Below, piece after piece: positions 8,887-17,977 of a stretch of DNA of 43,396 nt (position 1 is the first letter of the stretch; the number at the start of each line of letters is the position of its first letter). Origin of the DNA: an uncultured Lachnospiraceae bacterium (lineage in GTDB: Bacteria; Bacillota; Clostridia; Lachnospirales; Lachnospiraceae); contig CALWEP010000035.1 of the NCBI GenBank assembly GCA_944377325.1, positions 1-43,396 on the forward strand, in the 5' to 3' direction. The notes below the pieces were generated by a model. That model saw only the letters and a program-made list of their open reading frames with translations, was not told the DNA's origin and did no database searches. A program made the position numbers and the translations under genes.

Positions 8887-10350
8887 TTACAGTCCGTTTT
8901 CCGGTACGTTCACATCCGTGGGATCGTAGGTCTGATCGCCGGGAATCATCTGCTGGATGGCCGGGCGGTCAAAGGGGCCGGGAACGGCTGATTCGTACAC
9001 GGTGATGGCTGTACCCAGAGCGCAGTTGTCATAGATCCATTTTGCGTCCCTGGTAGTGAAACGGATACAGCCGTGGGATTTGGTAGCTCCCAGCCAGTTG
9101 TAGGTGTCCGGCTTCAAGGTGTAGGGGTTGGCCGTCTCATAGATTACGGAGTGAAGGAGAATGGGAAGTCCCTCGCCCAGACGGGTGCAGTACTGGCAGT
9201 ACTCGTCGGTATTCATCAGTCTCCACCGGTATTTTACGGGAGTGTAGAAGGTACCCAGAGGAGTATCGTCTCCCGTGGAGCAGAGGAAGGTCTTATAAGG
9301 GATGATATATCCGTTTTCTCCGTCCTGAATATAAACGGTGGTGCAGTTCATCGCCTTGTTGATCCGCAGCTGGAAGGGGCCTGAGGAATGGAGATAAGGC
9401 TCCAGATCCTGAACCAGCTTTCCGTCTGTTTCAAAGAAGTATTTGTAGCCGTCGATGTACTGCCAGCCGGTGACCGGCGTGTTGTCCACCACGTAGTAGC
9501 GGTCGCTGTCATTCCACACCCAGCCGGTGAACAGGTCTCCCGTTCCGTTGCTGAACCGGGGCATGCCGTCCACAATGGTGATCCCGTCCGCCGCAGCGGA
9601 TACCAGAGGATTTTCCATGGAATAGCTGGCGTTGGGATCGCTGGCTCCCCACAGAGAATAGCGGAAGCCGGTGATGTATCTGCCCATGGCCATGGTTCCG
9701 TTGGTGCCGCCGTTTTTGGACCAGCCGCACTGGGTGCCGTCATTTAAGGTGGAAGTATAGTACACGTCAAAGGTATTTCCGAATACGCCGTTTAACCGGA
9801 TCTGGACGGCCTCCACCGGATCGGTGCTCCAGTCGGTGTGACCGCCGTTCATGGCCCAGTTGCTCCAGCCGCGGGCGGCGGCATAGGTGCGGTAGAGCAC
9901 GTCTCCCGGCAGGTTGATGGCGTAGACGGACATGGACAGGAAGCCGTCCTCGCCCGGCTGTATGGTGATATCGGTTCTGACCGGATCGGTCCAGGTCATA
10001 TCGGGGCGGAGAAACTGGAACTGAAGAACGGGAGTGGATTCCGTGATTTCCCTGGTGGGAGTTTCCTGGATATTTTCACTGCTTCCGGTCTGGCCTTCCT
10101 CCGGCTGTCCGCTCTCCGCAGGTGCTTCCGCCTGTGTGTCGGCGGGCGCCGTCTCTTCCTGAGTATTATCGGTCTGAGTTCCCTGGGAATCAGAGGTATC
10201 ATTTGTATTTGTGTTCGGGTTTTCGGGCTGCGGATTGTCAATCAGCATTCCCGGACCATAGTTTTCATCGGCATATGCCGGCACGGTCTGGCCTGCCAGG
10301 AACACGGCTGTCAGGGCCGTAAGCGCGAGCTGCCGCATGGTCTTTCGCAT
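8887..10350 (-). CDS. secreted L,D-transpeptidase (YkuD domain) with acidic linker, ChW-like and cell-wall-binding repeats
   Basis: Signal peptide ending AYA; LLHS...SHGCIRF catalytic motif; GWSNW...VEAVQIRL (ChW-like); VTGWQYIDGYKYFF repeat. Confidence 0.85.
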   Translation of the reverse strand: MRKTMRQLALTALTAVFLAGQTVPAYADENYGPGMLIDNPQPENPNTNTNDTSDSQGTQTDNTQEETAPADTQAEAPAESGQPEEGQTGSSENIQETPTREITESTPVLQFQFLRPDMTWTDPVRTDITIQPGEDGFLSMSVYAINLPGDVLYRTYAAARGWSNWAMNGGHTDWSTDPVEAVQIRLNGVFGNTFDVYYTSTLNDGTQCGWSKNGGTNGTMAMGRYITGFRYSLWGASDPNASYSMENPLVSAAADGITIVDGMPRFSNGTGDLFTGWVWNDSDRYYVVDNTPVTGWQYIDGYKYFFETDGKLVQDLEPYLHSSGPFQLRINKAMNCTTVYIQDGENGYIIPYKTFLCSTGDDTPLGTFYTPVKYRWRLMNTDEYCQYCTRLGEGLPILLHSVIYETANPYTLKPDTYNWLGATKSHGCIRFTTRDAKWIYDNCALGTAITVYESAVPGPFDRPAIQQMIPGDQTYDPTDVNVPENGL

Positions 10351-10387
10351 AGTGCAGAACCTCCTATGTATTTTTTTACACGCTCCT

Positions 10388-10452
10388 AATTTATCATATT
10401 TGGGGGAAAAATGCCATATATGATTTACTTTTTTGGCGGGTTACTGTAAAAT
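10388..10452. promoter_or_regulatory. divergent sigma-A-like promoters (LDT gene on minus, GT8 operon on plus)
   Basis: minus: TGGCAT (10416-10411) N17 TAAATT with extended TG; plus: TTTACT (10424) N17 TAAAAT (10447-10452). Confidence 0.5.
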
Positions 10453-10494
10453 CGTAAATAAAATGACCTTAGAATGTAAGAAACAGGTGTCGTT

Positions 10495-11511
10495 ATGAAT
10501 TGGAAAAAAGAAACGGTCAATATCATATACGCCTCCAATGACGGCTATGCCCGTCATCTGGCGGCTTCCCTGGCTTCTCTGCTGGAGTACGGCAGAAAAA
10601 TTCCCAGCATGGACATTTATGTGCTGTCCGTGGGAATGTGCCGGGAATATCAGGAGCGTCTCCGGTCCATAGCGGAACGGTACGGCCGAAGCCTTACTGC
10701 AGTTGAGCTGGGGGATCTGAAGGAGCGCTTTCCTTACGATGTGGATACGAGAGGTTTTGACATCAGCGCCATGGGGCGCCTTTTTGCACCGGAGGTACTG
10801 CCGGAGAAAGTGGAACGGGCTCTTTATCTGGACTGTGACACCATTGTGCAGAAAGATATCCGGGGACTGTACGGAACGGATTTGAAGGGCTGCCTGGCAG
10901 GGATGGTCATGGAGCCTACGGTATACAGGGAGATGAAGGAGGCCATCGGTATGGGCCGGGACGATGCTTATTTCAATTCCGGAGTGATTCTGATGGACCT
11001 GGCCGCATGGAGGCGGGAGCAGGTGCTCCGCCGGCTCCTGGATTTTTACGGAACTCATGCGGGAAGTCTGTTTGCCTGCGATCAGGATACGATCAACGGA
11101 GCCCTGAGAGGGCGGATTCTGTCCCTTCCTCCCAAGTACAATTTTTTTACCAATTATCGGTATTTCCGCTATTCCACGCTGAAAAAGCTCTGCCGGGCGT
11201 ATGAGGCTGTGGGGCCGGAGCAGTTCCGGGAGGCGGTGAAACGTCCGGCGGTGATTCATTATCTGGGGGATGAACGTCCCTGGATCGCAGGAAATCACAA
11301 CCATTACCGCCGTCTCTATCAGCGGTATCTGGAGAGAACTCCCTGGAAGGGAGAGCCTCTCCAGAAGGGGAAAGTGCTGTATATGCAGCTCTGGTGGTGC
11401 TTTAACCAGATGACCCGGCTCTGTCCGCCTCTGAGGATCGGGATCAGCCGCAGGCTGGGCATGAAGGTGATTGATGGCAGGAAAAAGCAGAGGGAGTCCC
11501 GAAATGGATAA
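10495..11511 (+). CDS. GT8 glycosyltransferase
   Basis: YLDCDTIV, YFNSGVILMDL, DQDTIN, VIHYLG..RPW. Confidence 0.92.
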   Translation: MNWKKETVNIIYASNDGYARHLAASLASLLEYGRKIPSMDIYVLSVGMCREYQERLRSIAERYGRSLTAVELGDLKERFPYDVDTRGFDISAMGRLFAPEVLPEKVERALYLDCDTIVQKDIRGLYGTDLKGCLAGMVMEPTVYREMKEAIGMGRDDAYFNSGVILMDLAAWRREQVLRRLLDFYGTHAGSLFACDQDTINGALRGRILSLPPKYNFFTNYRYFRYSTLKKLCRAYEAVGPEQFREAVKRPAVIHYLGDERPWIAGNHNHYRRLYQRYLERTPWKGEPLQKGKVLYMQLWWCFNQMTRLCPPLRIGISRRLGMKVIDGRKKQRESRNG

Positions 11512-12394
11512 CACGGCTTGTATTATTCTGAATTATAATGATGCGGACACGGCTGTGGGGCTGGTCCGGGAGCTGAGGGAGAGCCGGGAGATCGGCCACA
11601 TTCTGGTGGTGGACAACTGCTCTTCGGATGACTCCTGGGAGCGGCTGCAGGCGGTGCGTTCCGATGCGGAGCTGCTCAGAACGGATCGGAACGGCGGCTA
11701 CGGCTGGGGAAATCAGGAGGGAATCGACGCTGCCGTCCGCCTTTGGAATCCGGAATTTATCATCATCGCCAATCCGGATATCCATGTAAGCGACCGGTGC
11801 ATCCGAAAGGTGAAGGAGGCGCTGGAGGGGACGGAGAAGGCTGCGGTCGGATCGGCGCTGGTATCCTCTCCCGACGGGAAACGGCTGTTTTCCTATTGGG
11901 ATCTTCTGCCTCTGGCGCGGGATCTTATGGATACGGGACCGGTGACCAGAAGAATGTTCAGGCCCTGGCTGATCACTCCGCCGGGAAGGCTTCCCAAGGG
12001 AGGAACGGCGGGGAGCCGTCTGGTGGGAGCGGTGCCGGGCTCCTTTTTTGTGATAAAAATGGATCTGCTTTCCGAGAATGAGAGAAGGAATCTGTTTGAC
12101 AGACAGGTGTTTTTGTACTGTGAGGAAAAGATTCTGGGGCAGAAGCTGCGGGCAGCGGGGAAAAAGATCGTTCTGGCAACGGACGCGGAGTACGTTCACG
12201 CCCATTCCGTGAGCATTGACCGGAGCGTGGCGGGAATTGCCGCCAAGCAGAAGCTGCTCCATGAGAGCAAGCTTCATTATTACCGCCGCTATCTGAAGGC
12301 GGGGCCGGCTGCCATGGCGGCAGCGAGGCTGTTTCTGGCGGCAGTGTACGCAGAGGTGTGGGTGCTCACCAGAGTCTTTCACATGAAATGGTAG
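11504..12394 (+). CDS. GT2 glycosyltransferase
   Basis: IILNYN, VDNCSSD, NGGYGWGN, IANPDI, FLYCEE; ATG 11504 overlaps the GT8 stop. Confidence 0.88.
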   Translation: MDNTACIILNYNDADTAVGLVRELRESREIGHILVVDNCSSDDSWERLQAVRSDAELLRTDRNGGYGWGNQEGIDAAVRLWNPEFIIIANPDIHVSDRCIRKVKEALEGTEKAAVGSALVSSPDGKRLFSYWDLLPLARDLMDTGPVTRRMFRPWLITPPGRLPKGGTAGSRLVGAVPGSFFVIKMDLLSENERRNLFDRQVFLYCEEKILGQKLRAAGKKIVLATDAEYVHAHSVSIDRSVAGIAAKQKLLHESKLHYYRRYLKAGPAAMAAARLFLAAVYAEVWVLTRVFHMKW

Positions 12395-12409
12395 GACAGA
12401 GGGAATAAA

Positions 12410-13099
12410 ATGAACCAAGTGATTTTAGTAATACCGGCATACAACGAGGAAAAAAATATTCAGAGGGTGGTAGACAATCTGCGGGAAAACTATCCGGAGC
12501 TGGACTATGTGGTGGTCAATGACGGTTCCACCGACAGCACCGGAGAGATTCTGAGGAACAACGGATACAATCACATCACCCTTCCCATAAATCTGGGACT
12601 GGCCGGCTGCTTTCAGACAGGTATGAAATATGCCTATGAAAAGGGATATTCCTATGCGGTGCAGTTTGACGGAGACGGTCAGCACCGGCCGGAGTTTGTG
12701 GCGGCCATGAAGGAGAAAATGGATGAGGGCTGCAGCATTGTCATCGGCTCCCGCTTTGTGGAAGGGAAAAAGGATTTTTCCATGAGAATGGTGGGCAGCC
12801 GTCTGATCGGGCTGGCCATGCGGATCACCACGGGAGCGAAGGTGGCGGATCCCACCTCCGGAATGAGAATGTTCAACCGGGAGATGATGCGGGAATTTGC
12901 ATACCACCTGAACTACGGTCCGGAACCGGATACGGTTTCCTTCCTCATCCGTCAGGGGGCGAAGGTGGCGGAGATTCCGGTTGTAATCGACCAGCGTTCT
13001 GCAGGGGAGAGCTATTTGAAGCCCATGGTGGCTGCGAAATATATGCTCCGCATGCTGATCTCCATCCTGGTGATTCAGAATTTCCGGGTAAGGCGGTGA
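12410..13099 (+). CDS. GT2 undecaprenyl-phosphate glycosyltransferase (DPM1/GacI-like)
   Basis: IPAYNEE, NDGSTD, QFDGDGQH, IGSRF, DPTSGMR; short soluble GT2 with a DUF2304 partner downstream. Confidence 0.85.
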   Translation: MNQVILVIPAYNEEKNIQRVVDNLRENYPELDYVVVNDGSTDSTGEILRNNGYNHITLPINLGLAGCFQTGMKYAYEKGYSYAVQFDGDGQHRPEFVAAMKEKMDEGCSIVIGSRFVEGKKDFSMRMVGSRLIGLAMRITTGAKVADPTSGMRMFNREMMREFAYHLNYGPEPDTVSFLIRQGAKVAEIPVVIDQRSAGESYLKPMVAAKYMLRMLISILVIQNFRVRR

Positions 13100-13106
13100 G
13101 AATTTC

Positions 13107-14417
13107 ATGGAAGGCTTTGTGAACCGCTTTCTTGTTTATAAGGGAGAGCATAAGGACAGACAGAACGTGGTGTGGAATACGGTGGGAAGCGCGGTGTATG
13201 CTCTGGCTTCCATGGTTCTGGCCTTTGTTGTCATGCGCATGGCGGGGGAGGACGAAGGCGGAATTTTCGGCTTCGGTTTTTCCACTTATGGGCAGCAGAT
13301 GTTCATTGTGGCATATTTCGGCATCCGGCCGTTTCACATTACGGACGGCAGGCAGGAATACACCTTCGGCGACTATCTGGGGCTGAGAACGGCAACCTGC
13401 GGGGCGGCGGTGCTGATGGCCGCCTGCCATCTGGCGGCGCTGACCCTGACGGGAGCTTATACCGTCCACAAGGCGGCTGTGATTTTTCTCCTGGCGGGCT
13501 ATAAGGTGATCGACGGATTGGCGGATGTGTACGAGTCGGAATTTCAAAGGCAGGGAAGTCTTTACCTTACGGGAAAGTCCAATACCTTCCGGACCTTTTT
13601 GTCCGTGGGAGTGTTTTTGGGGATCCTCCGACTGTCCGGAAGCCTTACGGCCGCCGCTTTCGGGGCGGTTCTTGCCCAGGCGGCCGGAGTGCTGATCTTT
13701 AACGTAAGCGTGATGAAGGCCGGAGTGCTGCCGGAGGTGCGGTTTGACGGCCGGGCCGCTGCCTCAGCGCGGCTTCTGAAAAATACGGCCCTTCTGTTTG
13801 TGTCCGTTTTTCTGGATTTTTATGTGTTTTCCGCGGCAAAATACGCCATAAACCGGTGTCTGACCGACGCGGTCAGCGGGTATTTCAATATTCTTTTTAT
13901 GCCCACATCGGTGATTTATCTGGCTGCCAATTTCATTATCCGCCCCTTTCTCACAAAGCTGACGGCATACTGGGACCGGAGAGACTGGGGGGCGTTTGAA
14001 AAGGTGCGCAGGCGCATCAGCCTGGTGATCGGAGGCTTTACCCTGCTGGGAGTGCTGGGGGCTCTGATTCTGGGCAGACCGGTGCTGAAGCTGATGGAAA
14101 TGATTCTGGGCGCCGGGTATGAGGGAAAGCTGACGGCCCACCTGATCCCCTTTGCGGTGATTATTTTGGGCGGCGGACTCTACGCTTTGGCCAACCTGTA
14201 CTATTATCTGCTGGTGATTATGCGGCGGCAGGGAGTGATCTTTCTGGTGTATCTGACTGCCGCCGCTGCCGCCTGGCTGCTGTCTCCCGTTCTGGTGACT
14301 CATTTCCAGATTCCGGGAGCGGCAGTGTGCTACGGAATTCTGATGGCGGTGCTGGTCCTGGGCTTTCAGGGGCTCCAGGGAGCGCTGTTTCGGAGAGCAA
14401 AGGAGAGAGAGCTATGA
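13107..14417 (+). CDS. Wzx/GacK-like flippase for a lipid-linked side chain
   Basis: About 12 hydrophobic segments; WNTVGS, GIRPFHITD, KYAI, FMPTSVI; located in a polysaccharide operon. Confidence 0.75.
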   Translation: MEGFVNRFLVYKGEHKDRQNVVWNTVGSAVYALASMVLAFVVMRMAGEDEGGIFGFGFSTYGQQMFIVAYFGIRPFHITDGRQEYTFGDYLGLRTATCGAAVLMAACHLAALTLTGAYTVHKAAVIFLLAGYKVIDGLADVYESEFQRQGSLYLTGKSNTFRTFLSVGVFLGILRLSGSLTAAAFGAVLAQAAGVLIFNVSVMKAGVLPEVRFDGRAAASARLLKNTALLFVSVFLDFYVFSAAKYAINRCLTDAVSGYFNILFMPTSVIYLAANFIIRPFLTKLTAYWDRRDWGAFEKVRRRISLVIGGFTLLGVLGALILGRPVLKLMEMILGAGYEGKLTAHLIPFAVIILGGGLYALANLYYYLLVIMRRQGVIFLVYLTAAAAAWLLSPVLVTHFQIPGAAVCYGILMAVLVLGFQGLQGALFRRAKEREL

Positions 14418-15346
14418 CTGTTGACGTGCTCATACCGGTTTACCGGCCGGGGAGAAAATTTGCCGGTCTGCTGGCAATGCTGGAAAAGCAGACCGTTCTG
14501 CCGAGAAAGATCCTTGTGGTCAATACGGAGCAGGCTTATTGGAACGAGAGCGGCTTCGAGGGAGTGAGAGGACTGGAGGTCCGTCACATTACGAAGGAGG
14601 AGTTTGACCATGGGGCGACCAGAAATCTGCTCATGTCCCTGTCGGATGCGGATGTCTGCCTTTGTATGACGGATGATGCGGTGCCGGCGGACGGCCGCCT
14701 GATCGAAAATCTGCTGGCGGGATTTGAGAAAAAGGGGCCCAAGGGGGAAGAGGTGATCGCCGTTTATGCCAGACAGCTGGCAGACCGGGACTGCGGCGAA
14801 GCGGAGCGGTTTACCAGAGCGTTCAATTATCCGGAGGAAAGCAGGATAAAAACGAAGGCGGATATCGAGACGCTGGGGATCAAGGCATTCTTTGCTTCCA
14901 TCGTATGCTGCGCCTACCGGAGGGATCTGTTCCTCAGACAGGGCGGATTTACTCCCAGAACGATCTTCAACGAGGATATGATTTTCGCCGCAGGAGCGCT
15001 GAAGGCAGGATATGCGGTGTGCTATGCGGCGGATGCCAGGGTGATCCATTCCCATAACTACGGCTGTATGCAGCAGCTCAGGCGGAATTTTGACCTGGGT
15101 GTGTCCCAGGCGGACCATCCGGAGGTTTTTGACGGAGTTCCCTCCGAAGGCGAGGGGATTCGCCTGGTGAAGGCCACCGCCGCCCATCTGGCCGGTACGG
15201 GGCATCTGCTTCAGATCCCCGGCCTGGCGGTGAAAAGCGCTTTCAAATACGCGGGCTACCGGCTGGGAAAGGCCTACGGAAGGCTTCCCGGCGGTCTGGT
15301 GATGAAGCTGACTATGAATAAGAACTACTGGAGGAACGGGAAATGA
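14414..15346 (+). CDS. GT2 glycosyltransferase, probable rhamnosyltransferase (RfbN-like)
   Basis: EFDHGATRN, MTDDAVP, VYARQL, FNEDM, VIHSHNY; ATGA overlap with the upstream stop gives start 14414. Confidence 0.85.
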   Translation: MTVDVLIPVYRPGRKFAGLLAMLEKQTVLPRKILVVNTEQAYWNESGFEGVRGLEVRHITKEEFDHGATRNLLMSLSDADVCLCMTDDAVPADGRLIENLLAGFEKKGPKGEEVIAVYARQLADRDCGEAERFTRAFNYPEESRIKTKADIETLGIKAFFASIVCCAYRRDLFLRQGGFTPRTIFNEDMIFAAGALKAGYAVCYAADARVIHSHNYGCMQQLRRNFDLGVSQADHPEVFDGVPSEGEGIRLVKATAAHLAGTGHLLQIPGLAVKSAFKYAGYRLGKAYGRLPGGLVMKLTMNKNYWRNGK

Positions 15347-15714
15347 CCATAATGCTTAGAATTGTGCTGATCGCGGCTTCCCTGCTGACAACGGCCATGA
15401 TCATCCGGAAGATCAGACAGTCCAAGGCCCAGATTGAGGATTCCGTATTCTGGGTGTTTGTGTCTGCGGTATTTATTATTTTCAGCGTGTTTCCCCGGAC
15501 GGCAGATTTTCTTTCCCGGATGGCGGGAACCTATTCCACTTCCAACTTTATCTTCCTGTTTGTGATTTTCCTGCTGTTGGTGAAGGTATTTTCCCTGACC
15601 CTGCGCATTTCTCAGCTGGAGACCAAGCAGAAGGAGCTGGTGCAGCGGATCGCTCTGGAGGAAAAGGCCAGAGAGGAAAGAGAGGAAAAGACGGATGGAG
15701 ACCAGGGACAATAA
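15343..15714 (+). CDS. DUF2304 small membrane protein (GacJ-like accessory of the Und-P-sugar synthase)
   Basis: 3 TM helices, SVFP, SNFIF, C-terminal LTLRISQLE..LVQRIAL. Confidence 0.85.
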   Translation: MTIMLRIVLIAASLLTTAMIIRKIRQSKAQIEDSVFWVFVSAVFIIFSVFPRTADFLSRMAGTYSTSNFIFLFVIFLLLVKVFSLTLRISQLETKQKELVQRIALEEKAREEREEKTDGDQGQ

Positions 15715-17323
15715 GAAAAAAACAGTCAGACTTCCCGCATGGCTGTGGGGCATTCCGGCTGCGGCAGCCTTCGGCATCTGGCATTTTCCGGAGGTGAGCG
15801 CAGGGGCAGGGGAGTGCGGAGACGGCTTCCTTCCGGAGTGGTACGGAATTCTTCTGCTGGCGGTGCTGGCGGTGCTGGCGCTCACAGGCTGGCTGTTTTT
15901 TGTGAAAAAGGCGGAAATGTCCGTTCTGGCTCCTGTCTGCGCTCTGTGCCTGGGAGTTCTCTACCTGTGCGTTCTGGCGCCCCTGTCCGCTCCCGACGAG
16001 GTGAGCCATTTCATCAGCGCCTACCGCCTTTCCAACGTGCTGATGGGCCAGCCGGCGGCGGATGAAGAGGGAAGAGTCTATATCCGGCGGCAGGACGGAT
16101 TTCTGCTGGATATGGACCTTGAGCCGGGGCAGAGTCTGGAGGAGCGGGAGAAGGAAGAGGATACCAGAGTTCTTGGGCAGACCTTGACGGAGGAGACTTA
16201 TCGGGTCATCTACCGTACCGGGATTTCCGGCACAGGGGAAACGGACATGATCGTCACGGCAAAGCCTCCGGTGGAGACCACTCCTCTGGCCTATCTGCCC
16301 CAGGCCCTGGGGATTGTTCTGGGACGGCTTCTCGGTTTGGGGGGGCTGGCCCTTCTCTATCTGGGACGGCTTGGGAACCTTCTGTTTTATGCCGCAGCTC
16401 TGCGGTATGGAGTGAAGCGGCTTCCCTTCGGAAAGGAAATTATGCTGGGGGTGGGGCTTCTGCCCATGACCCTTCATTTGACCGCCTCCTTTTCCTATGA
16501 TGCCATGATTCTGGCCATGTCCTTCCTTCTCACCTCCGTGACCTTCAGCCTGGCATTCGGCGCGGGAGAGGTGCGGAAGAGGGACGTGGCTCTGCTGGCT
16601 GCGATCATGGGAGTGCTGGGACCGTGCAAAATGATCTACGGAGTGCTCATGGGCCTCTGCCTGCTGATCCCCGTAAAAAAGTTCGGGGGAGTGAAAAAAT
16701 GGCTGCTCTCCGCGGCGGCGGTGGCGGCGGTATACGGGATCGCCATGATCCTGGTGAACAGCCGGATTATCGCAGGCTATGCGGGAGAGACGGAAGCCTA
16801 TGTGGGCTGGGCGGAGGAAGCGGGCTACAGCCTTGGCTGGGTGCTTCACAATCCGGTGGGAACTCTGCGCCTCCTGTACAATACGGTGCTGATGCGGGGA
16901 GAATTTTTCCACCTCACTATGATGGGAAACTGGATGAGCAATCTGGATCCGGTGCTGGATGTGCCCTATCTGCTCATCTGGGCCATGACCTTCGTGCTGT
17001 TTTTCCTGTCCATGAAGAAGCCGGGAGAGGAAACGGTTTATTTTTCCGGCAGACAGAGGCTCTGGACGGCCTTCCTGTGCCTGGCCTGCGCAGGCGCGGC
17101 CATGCTGTCCATGCTGATCGCCTGGACGCCCATGAGCTCCCGCTGGATTATGGGAGTGCAGGGAAGGTATTTTCTGCCGTTTCTGCCTGCGCTGCTTATG
17201 ATCCTGAAAAACGAATGGATTCTGCTGAAAAAGAACAGGGACAGAGGGCTTCTGTACTTTATGGTGTGGGCGAACGGCTATGCCCTGCTCAGGCTGTTTT
17301 CTATTGTCAGTATGCGGATATAG
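15695..17323 (+). CDS. DUF2142 polytopic membrane protein, predicted GT-C glycosyltransferase
   Basis: PDEVSHF (PDExxH), YLPQALGI, GRLGN, SFSYD, GVQGRYFLP. Confidence 0.82.
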   Translation: METRDNKKKTVRLPAWLWGIPAAAAFGIWHFPEVSAGAGECGDGFLPEWYGILLLAVLAVLALTGWLFFVKKAEMSVLAPVCALCLGVLYLCVLAPLSAPDEVSHFISAYRLSNVLMGQPAADEEGRVYIRRQDGFLLDMDLEPGQSLEEREKEEDTRVLGQTLTEETYRVIYRTGISGTGETDMIVTAKPPVETTPLAYLPQALGIVLGRLLGLGGLALLYLGRLGNLLFYAAALRYGVKRLPFGKEIMLGVGLLPMTLHLTASFSYDAMILAMSFLLTSVTFSLAFGAGEVRKRDVALLAAIMGVLGPCKMIYGVLMGLCLLIPVKKFGGVKKWLLSAAAVAAVYGIAMILVNSRIIAGYAGETEAYVGWAEEAGYSLGWVLHNPVGTLRLLYNTVLMRGEFFHLTMMGNWMSNLDPVLDVPYLLIWAMTFVLFFLSMKKPGEETVYFSGRQRLWTAFLCLACAGAAMLSMLIAWTPMSSRWIMGVQGRYFLPFLPALLMILKNEWILLKKNRDRGLLYFMVWANGYALLRLFSIVSMRI

Positions 17324-17332
17324 TGGTATAGT
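17304..17332 (+). promoter_or_regulatory. internal sigma-A promoter for rmlC-wzm-ygjP
   Basis: TTGTCA (17304) N17 TATAGT (17327) with extended -10 TG, overlapping the end of the DUF2142 gene. Confidence 0.6.
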
Positions 17333-17399
17333 AAGGTTTGATATGGTCCGGCGGATGCCGGTTTTTCAAGAATTTGGTAATGACAAGGAGCGTATAGCG

Positions 17400-17954
17400 A
17401 TGGGAAAAATTAAAGTGACGCCCTGCGGGATCAAAGGGCTGTGCGTGATCGAGCCTACGGTATTCAAGGATGAGAGAGGCTATTTCATGGAAACCTACAA
17501 CCAGAATGACTTTAAAGAAGCAGGTCTGGATATGGTATTTGTTCAGGACAACCAGTCCATGTCCGTAAGAGGCGTGCTGAGAGGTCTTCACTATCAGAAG
17601 CAGTTTCCCCAGGGCAAGCTGGTGCGCGCGGTACGGGGAGAAGTGTTCGACGTAGCGGTGGACCTGCGGGTTGATTCCGAAACCTACGGAAAATGGTTCG
17701 GCGTAGTGCTTTCCGCAGAAAATAAGAAGCAGTTTTATATTCCGGAGGGCTTTGCTCACGGCTTCCTAGTGCTGTCCGACGAGGCGGAATTCGCCTACAA
17801 ATGCACCGACTTCTATCATCCGGGAGAAGAGGGCGGAATGGCCTGGAATGACCCGGACATCGGAATTGAATGGCCCCTCCAGGAAGGCGTGGAGCTGATT
17901 ATTTCCGATAAAGACCAAAAGTGGGGCGGATTTAAGGATACCTTTAAATTCTGA
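17400..17954 (+). CDS. rmlC: dTDP-4-dehydrorhamnose 3,5-epimerase
   Basis: DERGYFMET, QDNQS, GVLRGLHYQ, DVAVDLR, GFAHGF; start 17400 behind SD AAGGAG. Confidence 0.96.
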   Translation: MGKIKVTPCGIKGLCVIEPTVFKDERGYFMETYNQNDFKEAGLDMVFVQDNQSMSVRGVLRGLHYQKQFPQGKLVRAVRGEVFDVAVDLRVDSETYGKWFGVVLSAENKKQFYIPEGFAHGFLVLSDEAEFAYKCTDFYHPGEEGGMAWNDPDIGIEWPLQEGVELIISDKDQKWGGFKDTFKF

Positions 17955-17977
17955 GCCTGAGGGAAAGGAATGTTCGG

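Noticed and set aside
16339-16345. G7 tract in DUF2142 (also G6 in rfbF and T8 runs at 5825 and 36773) as phase-variation sites
   Set aside because: Tracts are short, the reading frames are intact, and they are explained by Gly or Lys codons
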